Source of the DNA: Candidatus Thorarchaeota archaeon
GTDB lineage: Archaea; Asgardarchaeota; Thorarchaeia; Thorarchaeales; Thorarchaeaceae
Reading direction: 5' to 3'
NCBI GenBank assembly: GCA_048884785.1
Contig: JBHLQM010000044.1
Coordinates: 7,499-29,999, forward strand
DNA: 22,501 nucleotides
Position numbers and translations under genes: made by a program
Shown: piece after piece, positions 16,672 through 22,501 of the stretch
Numbering within the stretch: position 1 is the first letter of the stretch
Layout of the letters: each line of letters opens with the position of its first letter
Notes under the pieces: generated by a model
Told to the model about the DNA's origin: nothing
Database searches by the model: none
What the model saw: the letters and a program-made list of their open reading frames with translations, nothing else

Positions 16672-19497
16672 ATGGGGTCCGAGAAAACAATCATTGTTCC
16701 CCATACGCATTGGGATAGAGAATGGTACCTACCGTTTCAGAGATTCAGGTATATGTTAGTTGAACTCATTGATGAACTTCTTGAAATCCTTAAGAAACAG
16801 GACTACAGATTCATGCTGGATGGTCAAACAGTCATATTGGAAGATTATTTTGAAATCCGAGAGGAGCGTAAAGAAGAGGTCCTGAAACATATTAGGGATG
16901 GAAAGATCACAGTTGGTCCGTGGTATTTATTACCTGACCAATGGCTGGTTGGCGATGAGAGTCTAATTCGGAATATTGAATACAGCCATGACCTCACTTC
17001 AGAACTACACATTCCACAGATGCCAATTGGCTACCTGCCAGACATGTTCGGGCATTCAAGTGCTATTCCTCAAATGTTGAGCAATCTCACAGACTTCAAA
17101 GCTGCAGTTCTATGGAGAGGAATTCCGCCCGAAATAATGACAGTTCTCTTCAATTGGAAATCACACCCATCATCAACAGCTGTGATTCCAGCTGTTTACC
17201 TCCCTGGAGGATATGGGAATACTTCCAGATTCGTGGAAGAGTACAAAGATTTCATCGAGATTGTAAAAGATGGTATCTCATTTTTAGATCCATATTCTCC
17301 AGTACCTGTCTATCTCATGATGAATGGTTCAGATCATCTTTTTCCTCAGGCATTTGTTCAGAAGAGTGTGGACCGGATGAGAAGTGAAGGATTTGACATT
17401 TCACTTGGGTCACTCACAGAATATATTGAGCAACTCCAAAAAGCAGTTGGCGACTCGGGCTATATACCTCCTTTACAAAGTGGTGAGTTCCGTTCACCAG
17501 CTAGAGCCCCGCTTCTACAAGACACCTATTCAGCAAGAATGTGGATCAAGATTTGGAACCAGAAAGTCGAGGATATGTTAGTGCGACAAGTTGAGCCACT
17601 GAGCACTTATCTCTGGCTCTTTTTGAAGCAAGAATATCCGACCAGCTATCTAAAGACTGCTTGGAAATGGTTGTTAAGAAATCACCCCCATGATTCAATC
17701 TGTGGCTGTTCTGTTGATACTACTCATGAAGAGATGAAATCTAGATTCTCATGGGCTGAAACCATCGGAGAAAGTCTGCTGGAAAAGGCGAAGAAGATAC
17801 TAGATGAGAAAGCATTGGAGTCCGAATCTGATACATCAAGTGTCCTAGTCTACAATTCCGGCGGAAGCATGGATTCTCCGGTACTAATCGAATTCTCGGC
17901 ATCAAAGGATCGGACAATCAATGGTTTGAAAGGTCCAGACGGTACAATACATGCTGTCCAAAGGCTTGAATCACGAGATGATATCTTCTTTGAAATAACA
18001 GTTGGGATGAGAATGGCAAGAATGAGTATGGGTCTATTGCCAGGTAGGAAGCTCATGAATTTCTACATCAATGATATTGAGTTCTTCGAAGGTGAGAATC
18101 CAGAAGTCCTAGAGTTGCGATTCATATCAGATCTTCATCCCATTGGTGACCTTGATATGCAGGAGTTCAAACGCAATGCACGGGAGATAACCGCTGGCAA
18201 GAAGTACAAGAAGATACACCTCGTCGCTGCACGTCCAACTCAGAATATCTATTCTGCCGTTATACCACTGCAATCATGGGCCTTTTCAGAGTTCGTTCCA
18301 GTCAAAGCGACTCCAAAAATAGACGAGAATGAGTTCTTGGTGAATCAGAACCAGGTTGACAATCGATACTATTCGGTCTCCTTCAATAAAGATGGTTCAT
18401 TGAATCTTTACAGCAAGGAACTGGAGTTAACCTACGATAAACTCCATTTCTTTGAGGACTATGGCGACCGTGGGGATGAGTACACCTTCGGAAGAGTTGG
18501 ACCCGAGAGGGTCGACGTGAAGAAGGTGAAACGGCATGTTGCTGTAACCGGACCCGTTCTTGCAGAGATTCGACAGGATATGGAGATTGAAGTCTTCGAA
18601 AACTTAGACAATTCCAGAGAGAAGCGGAAAGGCAAGGTAAGAATTCCTATTGAGTCTATTTTCAGGTTCTATCGAGACACTCCAAGAATTGAGGTGACCA
18701 CTCGACTCACTAACAGGTCCAAAGATCATAGGCTCCGAATCTGCTTCGACCTTCCTTTCACCTCAGAGAAGTCCAAAACTGCAACACACTTTGGTGTTGT
18801 AGAGAGAGATGGGGCACCTGCAGAAGTTCCTGATGCTGATATACTAGAGAGGACTAGCTCTTCATTTCCGGAATTACCATCGGGTATACAGCCGCAAAAG
18901 CGATTCATCAGGGTTGATGATGACAAGGGAAACGGAGCAATTACTGTCTTCAACACAGGTTTGCCTGAAGTCGAATTGGCAGATGAAAATAGGATTGCTG
19001 TAACACTTATTCGCTCAGTTGGCTGGCTCTCTCGAGCAGACATACCTGAGAGACCTGTTCATGCAGGACCTGGAAAAGAAACTCCTGGTGCGCAGGAATT
19101 GGGAACTGAGTATGAGTTTCACTATGGATTCGCTGTGCACTCAAATGACAAACCAATCAGTGTGAGTGCAGATATTGCGGATGCCGCATCAGAGAAACCA
19201 TTGACCCTTCATCTCAATCAATCAGATGAGTTCTCGATGCTCTTTAATCCTATTATTCAGATAGATAATCCAAGTATTAGGATCTCTTCAATGAGAGTGA
19301 GAAATGATGCAGTTTTAGTTACGATGTTCAATCTAGAGAACAAGGAAATAGCTGTGACCCTAAACACTCAAGATTCCTTCGAAACCGTGACGGAATCAAA
19401 GATTGATGGAACAAAGAAGTCAATGCATACAGTCGATGAAAATCAAGTCAGTGTTGTATTTAGTCCGCGTGAAATCAAAATGTGTGTATTAAAGTAA
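16672..19497 (+). CDS. Glycoside hydrolase family 38 alpha-mannosidase (MngB-like), cytoplasmic
   Basis: HTHWDREWY, FMLDGQ, GPWY, nucleophile region YLPDMFGHS, NGSDH, HPHDSICGCSVD, DHRLR, TLIRSVGWLSR. No signal peptide. Start is ATG 16672 or GTG 16663 overlapping the MFS stop. Confidence 0.94.
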   Translation: MGSEKTIIVPHTHWDREWYLPFQRFRYMLVELIDELLEILKKQDYRFMLDGQTVILEDYFEIREERKEEVLKHIRDGKITVGPWYLLPDQWLVGDESLIRNIEYSHDLTSELHIPQMPIGYLPDMFGHSSAIPQMLSNLTDFKAAVLWRGIPPEIMTVLFNWKSHPSSTAVIPAVYLPGGYGNTSRFVEEYKDFIEIVKDGISFLDPYSPVPVYLMMNGSDHLFPQAFVQKSVDRMRSEGFDISLGSLTEYIEQLQKAVGDSGYIPPLQSGEFRSPARAPLLQDTYSARMWIKIWNQKVEDMLVRQVEPLSTYLWLFLKQEYPTSYLKTAWKWLLRNHPHDSICGCSVDTTHEEMKSRFSWAETIGESLLEKAKKILDEKALESESDTSSVLVYNSGGSMDSPVLIEFSASKDRTINGLKGPDGTIHAVQRLESRDDIFFEITVGMRMARMSMGLLPGRKLMNFYINDIEFFEGENPEVLELRFISDLHPIGDLDMQEFKRNAREITAGKKYKKIHLVAARPTQNIYSAVIPLQSWAFSEFVPVKATPKIDENEFLVNQNQVDNRYYSVSFNKDGSLNLYSKELELTYDKLHFFEDYGDRGDEYTFGRVGPERVDVKKVKRHVAVTGPVLAEIRQDMEIEVFENLDNSREKRKGKVRIPIESIFRFYRDTPRIEVTTRLTNRSKDHRLRICFDLPFTSEKSKTATHFGVVERDGAPAEVPDADILERTSSSFPELPSGIQPQKRFIRVDDDKGNGAITVFNTGLPEVELADENRIAVTLIRSVGWLSRADIPERPVHAGPGKETPGAQELGTEYEFHYGFAVHSNDKPISVSADIADAASEKPLTLHLNQSDEFSMLFNPIIQIDNPSIRISSMRVRNDAVLVTMFNLENKEIAVTLNTQDSFETVTESKIDGTKKSMHTVDENQVSVVFSPREIKMCVLK

Positions 19498-19674
19498 GTA
19501 TGCTGGTAAGCATTGCTTGTTGCTGGAAGCAGACAAGTATTGTTGCCCACGCATGGCAAGTTCCAAGACTAATCAGCAGAATTTAGCAATACCAGGGAAA
19601 CATGAAAACTCATCATAAATTCTATAAGATTCAATCCCGAATTAACCATGCAATCAAGTTGGGCGGGTGGTTCA

Positions 19675-21174
19675 GTGAAACCTCTCGGGACTGTTATGAA
19701 GTATTATCCGTTTATTGATAAGGAATCCAAGCGCATTCTCAAATCTCTAATGGATGAATCAAATAACTATAATGAATTCGTACAACGACTCTGTAAAGTA
19801 GTTATTGAGAATGATGTTCCTGTCAGTCTTGCTTATCTCGCGGCGGTTCAAGCCTGGTGGTGTAGAATAGACAATGTAAAGAATCTAATTCAAGAGAAGT
19901 TCAAGGATATTCCAATTATCAGACCTTGGGCATATCCCCATAATTCTTTTGAGAGAGACCAAATCACATTTCATGATGTTGTTACTGAAGCTATAAAGAT
20001 TGCAATTGATTCAGATATAGAGGACTGGATAGAAACAGAACTTCATTTACTCCATACCTTTTATCATTGGCCCATAGGTGAAATCTCAAGTGCTCTTGAA
20101 CCAATTGAAATCGCAAAAGGTTTGATCAAAGAGAATGCTGCTTTGAGTTGTTTTGAGCCTTTAATCTGTGCATTTGAAGGAGTGTTTATTGCAGGAGATG
20201 GTGAAGTAGAGAAAGCTCTAGACATTCTCAGTAAAGGAGAACAGATAGTAGAGCGTTACGATGATGTCTTTTACAAATACATGCTCCTCTTGACCCGGGC
20301 AGATATTCTGAATTTCATCTTGATGGATGTTCAAGGTTCAATGGCAATATTTGAAGATCTTTACAAAATAGCTCAAGAATTAGACCTGCCTTATTTTATC
20401 TGTGAGGTTTTGAATGATTCAACTCTTGCCTTTGAAGCAGCTGGAGAGTATGATTTAGCAATTTCCAGTGTTCAAGAAATCATCGATTCAGGAAAACAAC
20501 AGAGTTTGGGTGAAACAAATTTCATTCTACTTTCCAGAAACTATGCAAATTTAGGTAATGGCCCCAAAGCTCTCGAATGGATAAACAAAGGTTTCGACTA
20601 CTGTGGGCAATTTGAGAGTCCTCTAATGCTTCTATCTAAAGCCTGGGCATTGGCATTGGTAAATAGACTTGATGAAGCAGACCAGACATTGGAATCTGCG
20701 TACTCCCTTATCATGAAGGCTGGTCTGGAACGTCATTTGGGAGATTACTATCAGGTGTCGGGAGTGGTCGAGTATAGAAAGGGAGACCCTCTCACTGCTT
20801 TACACCTCCTTGAAAAAGCGTGGGAGATTGCAGAACGGGTTCCAACAGCCGCAAACCAGAATCGAGCTCTGCTTGATCTCGCACGAGTTGAGATTCAGAT
20901 TAGTGATTATTCTGCAGACAGTACCGAAATTGCTGTCCCCGGAAAATGGCTTTCCAAGCTTGAGAAACTTGCATTCGATCGAAACCTCACGGGCATCAGA
21001 ATGCAGGCGGCTCTTCTCAAATCTGAGTTCTACAAGAAGCATGAACAGCTCAAAGATGCTCGCTCAACTCTTGTGGATGCACTGAATATTACGGATTCGC
21101 TAAGTGTCAAAACTCTCCGACAGCAGATAATGGAGAAAACACACGAACTTGATCAATTGCTTATGGGCGAATGA
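19675..21174 (+). CDS. TPR-like alpha-solenoid protein of unknown function
   Basis: Repeated helical pairs (AFEAAGEYDLAIS, NYANLGNGPKALEWI, ALALVNRLDEADQTL, EYRKGDPLTALHLLEKA). The likely start is GTG 19675 (VKPLGT) after GGGTGG; ATG 19648 is the alternative. Confidence 0.78.
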   Translation: MKPLGTVMKYYPFIDKESKRILKSLMDESNNYNEFVQRLCKVVIENDVPVSLAYLAAVQAWWCRIDNVKNLIQEKFKDIPIIRPWAYPHNSFERDQITFHDVVTEAIKIAIDSDIEDWIETELHLLHTFYHWPIGEISSALEPIEIAKGLIKENAALSCFEPLICAFEGVFIAGDGEVEKALDILSKGEQIVERYDDVFYKYMLLLTRADILNFILMDVQGSMAIFEDLYKIAQELDLPYFICEVLNDSTLAFEAAGEYDLAISSVQEIIDSGKQQSLGETNFILLSRNYANLGNGPKALEWINKGFDYCGQFESPLMLLSKAWALALVNRLDEADQTLESAYSLIMKAGLERHLGDYYQVSGVVEYRKGDPLTALHLLEKAWEIAERVPTAANQNRALLDLARVEIQISDYSADSTEIAVPGKWLSKLEKLAFDRNLTGIRMQAALLKSEFYKKHEQLKDARSTLVDALNITDSLSVKTLRQQIMEKTHELDQLLMGE

Positions 21175-21261
21175 TGCGTCTTCCGCAATCACATGGTAGT
21201 GAAACACTTATCATCAGGTTGACAAATCTCTTCCACTTCATCTTTGATTGGAGGAAGGAAT

Positions 21262-21411
21262 GTGACCTCTTCTCAAGAAACTCCGTGCTTCTACTGTTCT
21301 GAGTACGCAAAAGCTGCGAAAGACTATCCAGTGAATCCAGCTACGCATGACGTGCAATCCTTTACTCTTTATTGTCAAGACAATAAAGAGGTCCGGTACA
21401 AGTCGGATTAA
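21262..21411 (+). CDS. Unannotated 49-aa CxxC microprotein or truncated Zn-finger gene
   Basis: SD GGAGG before GTG 21262. Translation MTSSQETPCFYCSEYAKAAKDYPVNPATHDVQSFTLYCQDNKEVRYKSD*. TATA-like GAAACACTTATCA upstream and hairpin plus T-run downstream. Confidence 0.55.
   Translation: MTSSQETPCFYCSEYAKAAKDYPVNPATHDVQSFTLYCQDNKEVRYKSD
21365..21390. repeat. Perfect 12-bp inverted repeat with a 2-nt spacer
   Basis: CTCTTTATTGTC-AA-GACAATAAAGAG. Confidence 0.9.
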
Positions 21412-21429
21412 TATCAGCTAGCTGCGTTG

Positions 21430-21453
21430 GTGACCAGGTTTATGGTCACTTTT
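21430..21453 (+). terminator. Hairpin plus T-run, possible terminator of the microprotein transcript
   Basis: GTGACCA-GGTTTA-TGGTCAC followed by TTTT. Confidence 0.4.
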
Positions 21454-21497
21454 GTCCAATACTAAGATATACTGTAGCCAGTCTTGAGTAGATTATT

Positions 21498-22475
21498 ATG
21501 ACAGTCACACATTCTAGCTCGAATCGAGAGATTCGTAAAATGCGACCTGATGAAATGGACGAATTCGTCACACTGATGCAAATAGCATTTAGAGATAGTA
21601 TTGAAGAAGACCGACTTGATGAGGCTGAAGTTCGAAGACTCATGAAGAAGGTACAAAGCCCTCTCTATAAGATTATCACAAAAGCATTTGGCATTAGGAT
21701 GGAGTTCTTCGTGGGAACTAGCAGCAACAAGATTGCGAGCGGAATTCAACTGGGTATTGAGAAAGACCATGTTTATGTTGGCAATTTAATGACTCTTCCA
21801 GAATATCGACGGCAAGGTTTCGCAAGGGAGTTGCTTCATTTGTCATTCCAAAGGGCACATGAGAATGATTTGAAGAGAGTGGGGCTTGGTGCAAGAGCTA
21901 ACAATGCTAGTGCCGTAGGTCTTTACAAATCCGAGGGTTTCGAAATTACAAATCACACTGGCCGGTTTGATTCCCACTCTTTGCAAATTCCTGAGCCGGC
22001 ATCTTCAGCCAATGTTGAGATACGCAGGGTCACCAAAATTCCATTTATGGATATCAATCATATGTTGGATGATTGCTTTCCTGAGTCATATCTAGAAATC
22101 AGGGGTCGAGAGAAATTCGTCAAGGATTATATTCCGTCCCGTGCCATTCGTTTCTTTGCTCGCCGACTTGCAGGTCAATCGATAAACACCTATTCATTCT
22201 ACGTAAATGGACAAGTGAAACCTAGAGGGTTCGTTCAGGCATCTCAGTCGAATATTGAACCCAGAATTCAGATTTCATCACCAATCCTATTAGAGAAAGA
22301 CAACGATTTGCTGATGGAAGTCATTCCACGAATATTAGATCTCGAATCAAAATACAAGGGACTAACTACTGCGTCTATCAGTTGCTCAATGCATCGCAAA
22401 GATGCAATAGCAAAGATAGAGAGTCTTGGTTTCAAGAATATACGTGAAAGCATATCAATGACCAAATATCTCTGA
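21498..22475 (+). CDS. GNAT-family N-acetyltransferase (intact N-terminal GNAT, degenerate C-terminal GNAT-like domain)
   Basis: EIRKMRPDE (beta1), motif A LMTLPEYRRQGFARELL, motif B NASAVGLYKSEGF; the second domain ends IESLGFK. Confidence 0.88.
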   Translation: MTVTHSSSNREIRKMRPDEMDEFVTLMQIAFRDSIEEDRLDEAEVRRLMKKVQSPLYKIITKAFGIRMEFFVGTSSNKIASGIQLGIEKDHVYVGNLMTLPEYRRQGFARELLHLSFQRAHENDLKRVGLGARANNASAVGLYKSEGFEITNHTGRFDSHSLQIPEPASSANVEIRRVTKIPFMDINHMLDDCFPESYLEIRGREKFVKDYIPSRAIRFFARRLAGQSINTYSFYVNGQVKPRGFVQASQSNIEPRIQISSPILLEKDNDLLMEVIPRILDLESKYKGLTTASISCSMHRKDAIAKIESLGFKNIRESISMTKYL

Positions 22476-22501
22476 ACCAGATTGGACCTCTGCTACTACC
22501 A

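Noticed and set aside
21175-21497. IS200/IS605 or other mobile element suggested by TTGAC/GTCAA words and hairpins
   Set aside because: No transposase or TnpB remnant and no paired ends or target duplication seen.
1-22501. CRISPR array, rRNA, tRNA, integrase or defence system; remaining short nested ORFs in the track
   Set aside because: No regularly spaced repeats or diagnostic motifs were seen by eye. The nested ORFs are shadows of well-supported genes.

Overview
The window is gene-dense prokaryotic DNA that looks archaeal. It has GGAGG/GGTGA Shine-Dalgarno motifs, many GTG/TTG starts, TATA-like boxes, and a TPR and a winged-helix family resembling those of Asgard archaea (possibly Thorarchaeota; this assignment is inference). 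Left to right: (1) a Liv/HAAT-type ABC importer (livG-livF-livH, running off the left edge; livH is missing from the ORF track), divergent from an acyl-CoA synthetase / KAS III-like condensing enzyme / MaoC (R)-hydratase operon; (2) an ABC exporter pair; (3) a membrane-anchored 7-bladed LVIVD beta-propeller; (4) a translationally coupled wHTH-tldD-tldE operon with tandem palindromes in its promoter, divergent from a GNAT gene; (5) a small membrane protein; (6) a GPH/MelB-type MFS symporter plus GH38 alpha-mannosidase; (7) a TPR-like protein; (8) an unannotated 49-aa CxxC microprotein and a second GNAT. No rRNA, tRNA, CRISPR array or transposase was recognised. The most interesting leads are the KAS III-like enzyme with Arg at the catalytic His position inside an ACP-free uptake/activation/condensation/dehydration cluster, the apparently autoregulated TldDE with divergent motifs, the hidden Zn-finger-like microprotein, and an upstream element shared by two distant promoters.
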